A DNA stretch of 64,000 nucleotides from Scophthalmus maximus (lineage: Eukaryota). Under the pieces are notes generated by a model. The model made no database searches, was not told where the DNA came from, and saw only the letters and a program-made list of their open reading frames with translations. The DNA lies in assembly GCF_022379125.1 (NCBI RefSeq), contig NC_061519.1, positions 23,919,101-23,983,100 on the forward strand, read 5' to 3'. Positions 12,887 to 27,078 of the stretch are shown here, one piece after another. Position 1 is the stretch's first letter, and the number at the start of each line of letters is the position of its first letter. The position numbers were made by a program, and so were the translations under genes.

Positions 12887-15117
12887 TTTGTTTTCCATTC
12901 ATGTATTGTGAGAATGACCCCCAAGGAAGAATCTGGAGTGTATGATCATCGTGTAGCGATAAACTGCCCCTCCACGTATTAACTGGAACTTCCATAATCC
13001 CACTAATGCGCCGGCCTGTGCCGAGAAAGAAAAAAAAGGTTCTGGGAGTCGTAATAATTCCCCAAGTAATCTTGATTTAAAAAGACTTTGGCCCGCGGCG
13101 CCCGTCGGGCCATACGATACGCAGCAGAAACAATGTTGAAACCGTTACCTCGGATGCTCGCAGCGGGGTCACGTTACCCAGCTGTGTCACCCTCGGTGTT
13201 GCAAAAGAGCGCTTGCGCGTCTGGCCAGGAATAACATTTCCACCACCAAAACCCCCAAAAAAGCGAGCTCTGCTCGCGGCAGGGCAATCGCTGCTCGCGT
13301 CCACGGGAGAGGGATGTGCGCCGACCCGGAGGCTGAGAGAAAAACAAGAGGGGGCGGAACCGTTTCGTCATCTTGCTATGAACACGGCTGTAGTAGAACA
13401 GCGGCTCTGAGAGGAGATCGGATGTGACAAATTCAGACTCAGGGCTGTTTGGGGTTGGGGTTTTTTTCGGAGACGCGGTCACAAATATTTACGTAAGAGA
13501 AAGCAAATCTAACACTAATGCGTCCCACATGATCAGTTTCTCAATGACTTTGAACCTTCGATTAAACACATTAGGTCATCGAACCCTGCGTCATGTAAGC
13601 ACGAGTATTAAAGAGGCATTAGCCACAAGGAATATGACTCCACACGACCCCTGTTGGCCACCGGAGGGAACTGCAGTAATGAGTGTGCCGCTTGACTTTT
13701 AATCAAATGGACCGGAAAGTCGACAAGAGACGCTCCGGACCGACGGGCAGGTGTTTCCAACAGCTGCTTTCAGCCAAGTGTCTCGTGCGAGACGGCGGAC
13801 AGAGCCAGGCTAGCGGTCTCCACCTGTTCCCAGTCTTTGTGCTAAGCTAACCGGCCGCCGGTCGGACGGGGCCGGTGCCGAGCTCCTCATCCAGGCTCTC
13901 CGCAAAGACAGCGAGCAAGCACATTTCACACAAAGTGCCTCAGACGTTTTCCGAAAGGAGAAAGTGGAGCAGAGACGTTCGTTTGTGCAATTCTATAGTG
14001 ATTTGCCACCTTGTTCACCTCGGCCAAAGGATTTTTCTCTCCTTTTGTTCCAGGGAGAGGCGAAGTCAGGATATATAGTTGTGATAATGGTCTGACGGAA
14101 TAGTACAATGACTGGTCAAGGGCAAATTTGTTCAAACATGCCAGACTGAGTTTGCTGACGAAGGCCAAGAGATGCAGTTGGAAGAATTTTTGGGGGTCAA
14201 ACTACTATTATTAAGGTTGCTGTCGAGATAAAAAAAAGAAAAAAAAAGCAGAAATAAAGATCCAGCTGCCGTTTTCCGAGGCCAAGAATGAACTGTCACC
14301 TCCGAGCCGACACTGACGCGAAGCGAACGCACTGGTGAAGTCCATGTGACGTGACTGAGAGCTCAGGCGAGCGGACCCCTGACTCGGGTGTCCCCTCGTC
14401 ACCCTCGTTTCCGAGGTGGAGAAAATGAACTGTCAAGCTTGACGGGAGAGTTGTAACAATTTGTATTCCTCAGAAGAAGAAGAGAACAGTTTCTTTGCCT
14501 GCAGCACAACCTCCTTCCACCCTTGTGTGTGCCTTGATTGGTTTTGTTTATTCATTTAGTTGCCTCATGCAGAATATACATGTTCTGCAGCATCCAGCAG
14601 ACTAATGACAAGTAATGTCACGCCTGGAGCAGAACAAATGGATCCAGCGTTTCGGGGGGGGGTTCAAACCTCCACTTGTAACCCAATGACATCTTCTGAA
14701 ACAGTTGTTTACATTCTGAAGAGTCAAGCGATGGGGGGAAACAGCCCTCTGCAATTTTAAAAACGCTCTTTTATTATTTTCTCCCCCTGGTGCGAAATCG
14801 AGGCGGACGCGTCACTGCCAGCGCAAACAATATTCCGGGGGCGAAACGAATCCTGGCTCGCCGCCGTCTCCCGCTCGCAAGCGCCATCGTGCTCCATCCG
14901 AGCACTTGAACAAACAAGCCCCGAGCATCTGTTAAAATAATCGCTGAGTCATCGGTATTGATCAACAAACCCCGATCGAGCTCCCAGTGGCATATTCGGG
15001 TGATTTTGTGCTTTCTGGGAAACAGCACAAAAAGGGTATTTATTGCTGCTCCAGAATGCCACATATATATGAGATTAAATTGGGTAAGTAATAAAATTAG
15101 CTGTGATCCAACCCTGC

Positions 15118-15120
<3 letters not shown>

Positions 15121-15159
<39 letters not shown>

Positions 15160-15176
15160 CACACACCTCTGTGCAA
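15121..15176. repeat. (CA)n microsatellite
   Basis: Dinucleotide run. Confidence 0.9.
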
Positions 15177-15918
15177 TGGGGAACTCGGGCCGATGCCTGC
15201 GACCATAAAGCCTGATTCCCCAGCACAAGCTCCGTGTCAGTGATACCATGAGACTAATGATTAAAACAAGCCTCCTCATCTGTTTGACTCGCACCGGGCC
15301 AGATTTCCACCCCCTGCGCAGCACTTCTCATTCCAGCCACATTACATAAATCAGTGGACTGCAAGAGGAGTGGAAAGGAAGAGTCCCACAAGCAATAAGA
15401 TGGTGGTGGGGGGGGGGACGACATATCACAGGGAAACCATTTGGGTCAGAGTTCACTGCAGTATGGCAGCGTGTCCGTTTAATTGCCCTTTCCCTAAAAA
15501 CCCATGGTTGCACAATAAATACAAGTTATGTTGTGCAACACAAGATGCAGAGGTGAACTGGGGGCATTCCTCCACACAAGTTGTCAATAAGTCTTCCTTT
15601 GCCACAAGCTCTCGACAAAGTCAGGCATCGTCCTGCGCTGCCCTCCGCCGCACAGCGTCCCCCTGTCACTGTACTTACAGACACATGTACAGTACGGCGA
15701 TGTGTCATGTGTTATATCATTGTCTAGAGAAAAGACAAAAAAAAACTGTCAATTTCGTCAGACTTGGTGTCGATACAGCTGATTAATAAGATTATTGAGT
15801 GTGCATTAGGGAGACTCTTCCATATCTACAACACGGCACAGATCCCACGGTGACCTGTCCATCATCACTGCAGGTCATTGTTGTTTGTGCAGGTTAAATC
15901 AGACATTGAAGAAGCAAC

Positions 15919-15966
15919 ACGCACACACACACACACACAGACACACACACACACACACACACACAC
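15919..15966. repeat. (CA)n microsatellite followed by GC-rich (GC)n patch to about 16140
   Basis: Dinucleotide run; gcgcgcgcgcgcgc at 16108-16126. Confidence 0.85.
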
Positions 15967-16299
15967 GGCAGACAGTGACACCGGGAGCTGCTCTTACCGT
16001 CCTGTGTCCCGTCATGGCTCACGCTCGTCCGCACGTCCTCGCCTCGCGCTGCCTCCCACCGTCTGCGCAGCGCGAGCTCCACTGGCTGCGTCCGCAACTG
16101 GTGCGCGTGCACGCGCGCGCGCGCGCCCCCCTTTTCTCACTGACACAGAATGAGAGTGAGTGTGTGGCAGGTTACACACGTTTGACTCCACTGAGAGTCT
16201 GTGGCTCTTACAGTCATAGTGCCGCTTCTTTTTTTTTATGAGTGTGAATTATGTGTTTTTACTTAGAGAGGGTGGGTTCTGCAGAACTTTGGTCACGTT

Positions 16300-16900
16300 T
16301 TGGCAAATGCATCTATCTAACTAAAGTATCACTCTATCTATATGTACAGTATCTATCTATCTGTACAGTATATATCCATCTATCTATGTACTATATATCT
16401 ATATATGTACAGTATCTATATATTTATGTACAGTATATATCCATCTATGTACTGTATCTATCTATCATCTATCAATTTACACTATCTATATATCAATGTA
16501 CTGTATCTATCTATCATCTATCTATTTACACTATCTATATATCTATGTACTGTATCTATCTATCTATCCATCTATAATTGTACAGTATCCATTTTTTAAA
16601 TCTATGTAAAGTATCTATCATCTATCTATGTACAGTATACATCTAGCTATCTATCTCTATATGTACAGTATCCATCTATCATCTATCCATCTATCTCTAT
16701 ATGTACATTATTCATCTAGCCATCGATCTATCTATCTTCATACAGTATCTATCTATCTATCTATCTATCAATGTACAGTATATATCTATCTATCTATCTG
16801 TACAGTATCTATCTATCATCTATCTATGTACAGTATACATCTATCTATCACTATATGTACAGTATCTATCTATCTATCTATCGAAACCCATGAATGTACA
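16300..16900. repeat. Complex satellite built from (TATC/TCTA)n tetranucleotide runs interrupted by a recurring tgtacagtat motif (about 600 bp)
   Basis: Visible periodicity: atctatctatgtacagtatctatctatc repeated >20 times with variants. Confidence 0.85.
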
Positions 16901-17413
16901 GCTGCTGGTTTGTGCAGTTATCTGATGAGCCGATCGTGTGGCAGCAGTGCAGTGCATGAAATCATGATCAGGAGCTGTTGTTCGCATGTGATCTTCAGTG
17001 ACTTCGACCGTGGCGTGACTGTTGGTGGGAGACGAGCTGCTCTGAGTTTGTGCAGCTCTGATCCACTGAGGTCATCCATCCTCCAAAAGATCCGAATTGT
17101 TACAGTTTAAACTGAGCTCATTCGTTGAAAAAAAAAAAGGTTTCATCGAGTTGCCTGTGTTCAGCAGGTAACACACAGAAAACATCAGAAAAAATGATAT
17201 ACTGAAAGGCTACAACCCACTATAAACATAGCGTCATTTTTTCCTTTAAATAAAAACTTAATAAACTAATAAATGGCCACCTGCAAATCTGCAAAAATGA
17301 AGATTGATGTTCTCAATACTCACAGGGCATGGACTGCAACAAAATGCAAACAGTTTGGAGGAATGAAATGACCTCACAAGAACTGTTTGATTCCAACACC
17401 ACCTGTTTGTGTT

Positions 17414-17418
17414 ACACA

Positions 17419-17476
<58 letters not shown>
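17414..17476. repeat. (CA)n microsatellite, about 30 units
   Basis: Dinucleotide run. Confidence 0.95.
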
Positions 17477-17478
<2 letters not shown>

Positions 17479-19061
17479 CTAGTGGTGGTTATTCTCACAT
17501 TACCACTAGCAGGTGTAGTTTTACTGTTATACAGGAAAGTATAACAGTTTGTATAGGTACAAACTGTATTTCGAACCAAGAACGTTCTTGCTGTGAGGCA
17601 ACCACTGTACCACCGTGCCGCCCCATCATATACAAAACAAGTGATCAATGTACGAGCTATTATACAGAATAGACATTAAACTGCCCAACACTGAGTGAGT
17701 GTAAACTAAGGTCAAAACACTTTGACCTACCTTATCCTTACTTTAACATTATCTACTAACATCTGTTTGTAATGTCATCATTTCACCAACAACACGTTTA
17801 TGATCAATTTTGACTTTTAAAGACTTACAGTTAATACAGTTAAAGTTTGACCTGTTTGCAGTATTATATTCTATTAGAATCAGTTTGCATCAATGAGTTC
17901 ATTAAGGCTCCCTTCAGGCCACGAAGCCACAACTGTGTGTTTACTCAATTTGTTCTATTGGATTTATTTCATTCTGCCCTTAAAGTGTAATTCAAGTGGT
18001 TCGCATTGTTTTACAAACTCAAACCATGATTCGCAAACTCAGGCCTACGTGTGACTCTGGTTATGATCCCCCTATTTATCAATATTTATGAGAACTCATA
18101 ATAGGCTATTAATCTTCTGTGTCAGATTTACATGTTATTTACTTCTTCGATTTGATCCATTTTTAATGGCACCACATTCATTTTCCTTCTTAGGCCGTGT
18201 TGAAATAAAGGTCACGTGTGGAGGTCAGTGCAAAGAGTGAGTCCGTCATCAATCAAAGCTGCTCGCCACATATTGACGTGTCCTTTAATGAGACAATGAA
18301 CCTCCGATTTGCTCCAAATGTATGCAGCAGCAGCAGCAACAAAAAAAGTCTGACGAATGTATAACATAACGGTTGTAGCTGCTTCTCCCCTATGATTTAA
18401 TAATTTTCCGACATAATAACTGACAGCGTCTTTAGTACTTAATAGTGGGTTCACTTGGGTCCTCTTTCACTTGACGGTGTTTTCATTTCCAATGGTAGCT
18501 CTATAATTTTCTCCGCGGAATTGCTCAGTATTGACCTTTTGCTGATTCTTTTGGTTTTGCAGAATTTCCCATTGTATCGCTGCAATTAATACTTGCCCTC
18601 CCATCAACGTGTGCACTGACATTTGTAAAACATAATCCCTGTTATTTCCACATTTGCACAAATCACATCACGACTTGGACTCGCCGCATGACAACCTGTC
18701 AAACTCCTGGCCCCGACCTGGCGCTGTTGAGGTGAACAGAAATACACAAAGGAGGCAAACAAACAGAGGGAACCTTTCATCTGCGTATCTGATTAGACCG
18801 GGCGAAACGGAGAGACTGAGTTGGACTCCCGATTCCCGAGATGATGCAAAGAGCTGTAAACAAGTCCTCTGGGACGGTGCCGTAAAACACAACCAGATGG
18901 GGCGAAAAACAATTCACAAAAGAACGTATTCACCGTGAAAAATTGAGACATTGTAGAGGAAGTTTTATCTCCTGACTGGAAACAGAGAACAGCTGGTGCT
19001 GGTTTCTCTCCGTTGCCATCCTGTCTCTCTCCCTCCTCAGGTGCAGTAAAGTCATTCGGAA

Positions 19062-19072
19062 ATTATCTTCCT

Positions 19073-19099
<27 letters not shown>
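19062..19099. repeat. (TTTC)n tetranucleotide microsatellite
   Basis: tttctttctttc... run. Confidence 0.9.
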
Positions 19100-19104
<5 letters not shown>

Positions 19105-19490
19105 TTTTCGCACTGCAGACATTTCATCTTGTCACAGTAGGGAAAGAACAGTTGTTACTAATAACATTAACAATGGCTCTGTTCTTTCCAAGTGTCCCAG
19201 TGAGACCTGACAGTGTGACACTGTGAGGCAGCGTGAACAAAAGCAGGACCCCTGAAGCCGACGCCGCTGAGGGCAATTTCGGCCGCCATTAACTTTATTG
19301 GCTACATCTGCGCCCGTCCCACTGTGACGCATCAGAAGGTCTTGAGATCAACTCAAATGAACACAAATAAACGTGTCAATGGAAACAATGATTCTAATGA
19401 TGAATACACTCATACAGCCATTGTTTTTAATATGACGTTTGACAAAAATAAAGGTTTGTCTGATTTGAATTTGTATACGAATAAAATCGA

Positions 19491-19530
19491 ATGTGTGTGT
19501 GCGTGTGTGTGTGTGTGCGTGTGTGTTGTG
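19491..19530. repeat. (GT)n microsatellite (imperfect)
   Basis: Dinucleotide run. Confidence 0.85.
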
Positions 19531-19613
19531 CTGAATAGTAGAAATGCAAGGAATATTCAGTCAAAAGAAAATGAATCACCAGCTGTATTGACGATTATCC
19601 AAGGACGTCGGAT

Positions 19614-19665
19614 CAGGAGCAACTGGACCTGGTTAAGAATTCGCAACCAAGTCCAGTTGCTCCTG
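19614..19665. other. Near-perfect inverted repeat / hairpin: 21-bp arms (20/21 paired) with 10-nt loop aagaattcgc
   Basis: caggagcaactggacctggtt ... aaccaagtccagttgctcctg. Confidence 0.7.
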
Positions 19666-21149
19666 AGTCAATGCCGTTGGAGAGCAACGACCTGGATGAA
19701 TGATGAATCTCAGATATATTGATGATTGATGAATTATTTCACGCATTTGTTGGTTCCAGCTTTTTAAATGACAGGATTTTTGCAGCATTTCTCTGTCAAA
19801 TATGGAGGTAAAGTAAATATTTTGGGTGTTTTGGACTGTTGGTTGGACAAAACAAGCAAATTGAAGATTTTGGCAGTTTCATGATATCAAATTGAAAAGG
19901 GAATTGTTTGTTTTTTAACTTCACCAGGCCTCTCTAAATAAATTACTACACTGTGAGTATGTATAATCCTTCTTGAGCTCACAGCTCAAAGATATATGCG
20001 ACCTGTAATCAAAGGTCTCTAGCAGATATTGCTGCATTTTAACTGGTCACGACGCAAAGAGACGCGTCAGGAAAGGCTCAGGTGCATCAATAACGGAAGA
20101 TAGGCAACCGAAAGAAAAGGGGTTTGGATTAGACAGCTCCTCTGACCACACTGGGATTACATTGAGGTGCAGTTTCAGTTAAGCCCCCTTAACTTTTGGC
20201 CTTAAATCCAATTTAACAATCTCTTTAAGGAATCAGTTCACCTGCTAAAGCCATATCCACACGTATATTCATAGGGTTATATTCATGAACCTGTTACAGG
20301 ACTGGTCAGGTCAAAATATATCAACACCATCCCCAGTATCGCCATGCATTCATTTTTTTAAATAACAACACTACCCTCTCCTGGCTGAATGTGGTAATAC
20401 AGCAATGACCATTGTTTCCCAAATCAGACACAATATTATTTCATATGAAACATTAAATATTAAGTGTTGTGACTGATACCACACTGTAAAAAATACTCAA
20501 TAACACGTAAAAGCTCTGAAATCATGTTACCTTAAGCATAGTCAATGGATTATTATCACATTCATTTGTGAGTTTAAAGAAGTTGTTTACGGTGACATTT
20601 TTAACTTTTCTTTACAAGACTGCAACTAATGTTTTTTTTATTATGGATGAATTGCTCTCTGATTTTCGAAATTCATCTAAAAATCTGAAAAATAAATTTC
20701 GAAATCAGAAAAAAAAATCGCAAAATTGTCCCATTTGAGAATGTTCGGATTTTTTTCATGTACTTTCTTTGTGATTGTCAAAATGATTAGTTTATTATTA
20801 ATATTTTGTCAATTTACAAATCGAGTAATCCACCAATGGTTGCAGCCCTACTTAGTAAACCACTATTAGTTGGTGGTTTTATCTATTGTAAAGCATCATA
20901 TTAATCATAGTTATCAGCTCTGCTCATGTTTTGTGCGCAAAATTCTTAATTGATAAAGTTATTTAAATTTTTGTGGGGTAAAAAGTACAATAGTTCCCTC
21001 GTATCTGTTGTTGTCTATATAATGCCATTAAAAAAAAAAAAAAGTAAAAGCAGCTGAAAATCTTACGTAATATTATCCCAGTAAATTACCAGACGAATAG
21101 ATGAAACACAAATCAAAGCCCGAACCTCTGGAGGCTTTTTGGAGGCAGG

Positions 21150-21480
21150 ACACGCTGATTTTCAAAACAACGGGTGAGAACGTTTAAGTACCAGGTCACA
21201 CCGGCGTCGGCGGTGTTTCTCTGCGTGACATAAGCCAAGTCGACCGAACCACCGCTCCCTCGGGCGGCTCCGTGCTTACTAAACCAGCACCCCTGTCCAC
21301 CGCTGCGCCATCGCTGCATTTAGCTCGGCGGCTAGAAGAAGAGCTAGCTCGCTGCTCAGGGGGGGCGAACCGCTGGTGCTGTGAACCGCTGGTGCTGCGA
21401 ACCGGACGACCTAGTTAACCATTTGACAGATTTTACCGAACCCGCAAGACATTTTACTCGCACAGGTCGTGGTGAGTATT
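21150..21480 (+). promoter_or_regulatory. CpG-rich putative promoter / first-exon region of the hnRNP C-like gene
   Basis: High CpG density (cgg, gcg, ccg clusters), tandem gaaccgctggtgctg x2, ends at strong donor cgtg|gtgagt at 21471/21472, about 4.3 kb upstream of the first coding exon on the same strand. Confidence 0.4.
21330..21471 (+). other. Candidate non-coding 5' UTR exon 1 of hnRNP C-like gene (3' end defined by donor GTGAGT at 21472; 5' end unknown)
   Basis: Consensus donor cag gtcgtg|gtgagtatt; no long ORF; CpG island context. Confidence 0.35.
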
Positions 21481-24400
21481 TTGTTCCGAGACATTTTTCC
21501 ATTTTTCCTTCCTTTTTTTTTTTTTTAATCTTTTCTTTTTGGATTTTTTTTCAACGCTGTTTTGTTTTTGCCAGCGGACAGATCGCGATGTGCTGGCTAG
21601 CGAGGTAGCTAGCTAGCTTAGCTTAGCTAAGCTAACTTGGAGACGCCGAACTCACGAACGCTGCTTGTGTTTTTTAGAAAGAAAACTCGACGCTGTGGAT
21701 GCATCTTAGCGACAGGCTCATTTCCCCCTTTTCAACTTTATTTTTTATATTGTTTATTGTGAAAACTTTTCCTTGACCGGACTGAATTGTTTTTGCTACA
21801 CCTCCAGCTAGCTAACAAGCTAACAAAGCTAAATTCATAGTCGCAGCTGTTCCATAATCGATGACAGATTGTCGACAACACAGTTAATGAGTATTTTGCA
21901 GGTTTTGGTTTTTGCAAGCAGAGGAACTGTTCAGTTTGCTGTGTATTTTTCTGTCTTTTTCTTTTTCCTTTTCAATTGATGGTCGGCTAACGTTAGCCAT
22001 ACTAGCCTCCAGGCTAGCGCAGGCCCCTGCGTTGCACACTTGAGGCCTGGTGGGGGCGCTGTCGAGGTCCAGGGCGAGTGTGTTGTGGATGGTTTAGGTC
22101 ATTTTTCATAATCTCCCCCCTGATTTTGCTCTTCTGGCTCATTTTGCTCTTCTGGCTCATTTTGCTCAGTAAGGATGTTTTTAATTTTTGAATCATGAGT
22201 AGTTTTTTCTCTTCCCATGATGAACAGTGATTTTTCTGTTTTTGGAGGCGTTGGACTGCAGCTGGCTGCAGCTTTTGTTGCATAACGTTGCACATGCACA
22301 TTCTTTAATAATTAAACGTTGTTGAATCAGAAAGAGTGCAATGGCTGTTTATGTGTATCCAAATCAACCCAAGCCTTGGTACAGTTCACGCAGGTACAGG
22401 CCACAGATCTACTACGGACAGGAGCCTTTTTCACAGCAGACATTTTGACTTTTGCCACAGTTGGATCAATAAAAATCCTGCGTGTTAGTCAAAGACATTA
22501 ATAAGTGGGACTCTCTAATTGAACAGTGTAATGGGGAGCACGTGTTTTCCTTTGCTATCCGTCAAAATGTCTTCTGTGGGGAAAAGGGGCCTATGAGCCT
22601 CATGTAGTCTTTTCATTAGAAGCTGATCAATTAAACTGGTGTTAACAGTGAATTGGAGCATATTAACCGATACATTACAGGAGGTCCTTTCACTTTGAGG
22701 ACCAGGGTATCTGCAGGAAGGTCTTGGAATTAAAAGTTTCTTAAATGCAATGCACAAAGGTCTTAAGCATTTTATTCTTCGCCTCTGTAGACAGTGATAT
22801 ACGTTTCATTTGTATGTGGTTGTGGGCTATTAGCTACAAATAAGACGAGTGCTCGAGTGGGTTTTGCATCGGCAGGTGACGTTGTGTATTATTTACAATT
22901 TATTTTGTATTATTATTATTACTACTAGTGATATCTTCAGTAGCCACTAGCCAGGGGCACACTTTAGCAAAGACTTGCACTGTTTGAGCACCACCCTTAC
23001 CTTGAATTGATTTAAATACCACAAAATATTTTCCTTTATTCAAATGATTGTAGGACTTTTTGTATCTGCATCCCTTTAACTGCTATGACCAGTGTAACTT
23101 TCTTTTTTATTCAGATTTAGAAACCTTGGGGAAACTAAAGAGGCCCTATAAAATTATATAGAAAACTATTCTGCATCCCAACAGTTGATCTACTGGATCC
23201 CATTCCAATTCACACTGTCTTTCAAATGAGTATACTTTTACTAGGTCAATATGATCACACACTACTCGTCTTTATGTTGCTGTCATGACCCACCTTTAGG
23301 TTTACTTGTAAATTTAAAATTGCCTAAAATTCAAAATAATTGTACTCAAAACGGATATTCCCCATATTTAAAGATAATTAAATAAATTTAGACCATAAAG
23401 TATAACTTGGAGGGGAAAGTTTGATAAACTTGCACATACGGTCATGACTGTCAAGCCACTGCAGTTTATTGTTGTTTATCTGACACCAATATTTATTTCC
23501 TTTCAGTTTGTCTAAACAAGAAAATATCTTTGATATATTCACAAGATTAGTCGGTTTCAGATATCGCAGGGGAACATAAACATGTTTTCAAGGATCATTT
23601 ACACACGTTCAGTTGTGGGTCAAGTCCCTGCTGACGTATGAATATGAAATCTAATGGTTTCGTCTCTGTGTTCAATCTCAGGTTCAGATTAGTTGTGGAT
23701 CTTTCCTCTGTATTCTTTACACATCTTATATTTAGCAGCAATATTCCACCTAAATATGTATTTGGCGCAGGCAGTTGTCCCAGAGTCAGGCTAGTTGTAT
23801 TGGGATTTTCCTGGAGACCTATACCTGGTTTTTAGAGCTGATACTCACACACACACTCCAACCAGGTAAGACTCGGTACAAGATAACCCTGCTCAGCTTG
23901 ACTGAGGTGTGTTTTCTGTCGCCTCAGTATAAATCGCGAGGGGCGCAGGTGAAGGTCAAGACACCAGCCCAAACTGAACCCAGGCCAGTGTCAAACATCA
24001 GACAGACGACAGCCCCCTGCACACAGACGCTATGGAGTGAGTGATGAATGTTAAGCCTTCCCCCCATGTCAGCCTGGGGGGGAGAGGGGGTTACTGTTGA
24101 TGCCACTACTGTTGTCATGTTTTCCTGTGTGAGCGCTCACTTTCTATTCCCAATTTCACAAGGCTTTGGGCTTCACCGAGTGCTCACATCTTTCCCTGGG
24201 TCGATCAGAATAATGGTAACATGCACTGTGTATTAGATCGAGGAGTACTTTTGGTGCTTTGCTAATATAGGTAAATCCCTTTGCGCTGTTGGGAAACGGA
24301 ATATTGATTAGAGCTGCAACAATTGACAGGAAATTAATCGTCAACTCTTTATCTATTTGTCTCAGGAAAATGCTAATTAAATATGAGAATTTGCTCTGTC

Positions 24401-25730
24401 AAACATGTTTTGAAATGTTGGTCAGACAGAACAAGACATTCAATGATTGCACCTTGTGCACTGCAGAAGAGGCGTTTATCTTTCTTTATTTTTCGTGGAT
24501 ATTATTGACTATTTATCCTTTTGAAAGAAAAAGAACCATTTGCAGATTAGTTGATAGTGAAAATAAGTTAGTTTGAGTTCTACCATCGTTAAAATGAAGT
24601 GTGATAGGATGATAGAAGACAATATAATAGGATTTTGGTTATAATGTCGTGGTATATCTTAAATGTCGTCCTCTACTGGAAAAAATATTTCATTACATTT
24701 GAGCAATACCGTTTACTTAACAATATGCAACTGTTAATTTTTAAATCAAACCGTTATTTGCCTCTCTGATCCCGAGAGAACAAACCACCATCCCTACATT
24801 ATTACTTAATGAAAGCATCTTCAGACCCGTCCTAAATCTATATTTATGAATGTTGAGGCTTTAAGTGGACATTCTGTCAGATCTCTTTTGTGCCCACCTC
24901 AAAATCCCAAACTGTAAACCCGAGACATACCTGTAGAAAAACACTAAAAACATAACCTTTATATATTTAATTATTATCTCTGCAGCTCAATGTCCTGATT
25001 GATATACCATCCAAATGCCGTGGTCCCTTCTCTGTCACTCAGGTGGAAAGATGTTACCTTGACTTAAACCATGTGGCGTCACTGTCGTGTCATTGACACT
25101 CATACAGTCATAACCAGACTTTTATCTTGAAAGTCTGTAGGTTTTTGGAGTAAAACAGCCTTTTAATATTGTCAAAATTGTCTCTCCGAGCTCAGACGTT
25201 CATCCACGTGGCCCCTTTTTTTTTTTCTTCAGATAGAGAAGTAAGATAAGGAATTTAACAAGGCTGTCGTCCCTTCACACGGTTAGGAATCAAACCATGA
25301 CATTCTTTGAAATGTTGTCCAGACGCTATTTGATCAGGCTAATGTTTAACCTAGTGTTCAACTCAACACATTGACAAAGCGACGCTCAAAATATCTTCTT
25401 CTTTTGTTGACTAAAAGTCAATTTATTTCAGGCCTGTAACTTAAAAAGCTTAACGGATAATCTCCAAACTAAATATAATTTGATGGCTTGTTTTAATTTG
25501 CAGCCGATGCAGTGAGCACAAGTTTGGGCACATGCCTCTTGTTTCTACTATCAGGTTGACCCACAACCTCCATCCGTCGTCTCCTTTGTCATCAGCAGCA
25601 CTGGTTTACTTTTGATTTAACCTTCTTCGTTCCCCAGGAAACCCCGCTGCTCTTGAACGCTGCCGTCCCGACTCACACATCCCCACGGCTGAGGACTCTC
25701 CGGTCCTCAACTCGACGACGGGAGCAGTAG

Positions 25731-26123
<393 letters not shown>

Positions 26124-26753
26124 TAAACGCTCTTTAAGGCTTATGCTTAAAGAAAACCTCTTTGAGTTTGAGATCCAGGGCCAAAGCTCATTCATACACG
26201 TGTTGAATTCAGTCTAGAGGTGAACACAAGGAGCTTGTGTCCCCTTTCAGCAGATGACTGTGAAAACAACTCTTGGTTTTCATCTTTCTGTACATTGAAA
26301 TGAAAGAACTATAAACAAGCAGAGGACTTGCATTGTAAAAAAAAAAATAATCTGAGTAAGTTGGTGCTGAAGAAACCTTCTATTAATAAGTAAAATTAGA
26401 CGGAGTTGCCACAGAATGTTTTTTTTTTTTACATATACATAAACCCATTTGGTTCATCTTCACGTCAGCCCACGCTCATTAAAGAAACTCCCATTTGTGA
26501 AATACTTGTCATCCTTATTTACCCGGATGCTCTGACTATAATAATGAAAGTCTCTGCTTTATAAAAATTATGGATTTATCCGTAATGCCAAGAGGGAACC
26601 TGATGGTATGAGTGAGGCAATCTCGCGACAGTCCTGAGATTGAACTCTCTGCTGGTGAAACTCCCGTTCAACTCTGCAGCATGTTGGCTTCTACGAATAG
26701 ATGCATGGTTTTGTAGACTGTCCAGTGATGTTAAAAGGGACTCTCTTCCTCAG

Positions 26754-26826
26754 ACATCAACCTGGCTGGAGAACCCAAACCGCACAGGTCAAAAACCACC
26801 AAGCGCTCGGCTGGAGACATGTACAG
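26754..26826 (+). CDS. hnrnpc: hnRNP C-like coding exon 2 (DINLAGEPKPHRSKTTKRSAGDMY)
   Basis: Acceptor cttcctcag|ACATCAAC, donor TACAG|gtgagt; matches HNRNPC DINLAAEPKVNRGK...MY segment; phase continuous with exon 1. Confidence 0.85.
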
Positions 26827-26914
26827 GTGAGTCACCACAGATCTAAACGAGGCCACAGAAACACTCGTCACCTTTTCTCATGGTTCCTTCTAAACGCCTC
26901 TTTTTCTCCCTTAG

Positions 26915-26971
26915 CAGCAGCAGTTCCTCGTTTGACCTCGACTACGACTTTCAAAGAGATTATTACGACAG
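26915..26971 (+). CDS. hnrnpc: hnRNP C-like coding exon 3 ([19 protein letters not shown])
   Basis: Acceptor ctcccttag|CAGCAG, donor GACAG|gtgagg; exact HNRNPC hallmark [15 protein letters not shown]. Confidence 0.9.
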
Positions 26972-27078
26972 GTGAGGACTGTTTGCTTGGTTTGTTTCCG
27001 GGTTTTGATCGCTCAAGCCTAGACCAGAGTTTTTCTGAATGCTCACTTTGCATTTTGTCCTTGTGTGTTTGATACCAG

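Noticed and set aside
16251-17110. Plus ORFs with YLSIYLSIY… repeats
   Set aside because: Translation of the (TATC)n complex satellite; not coding.
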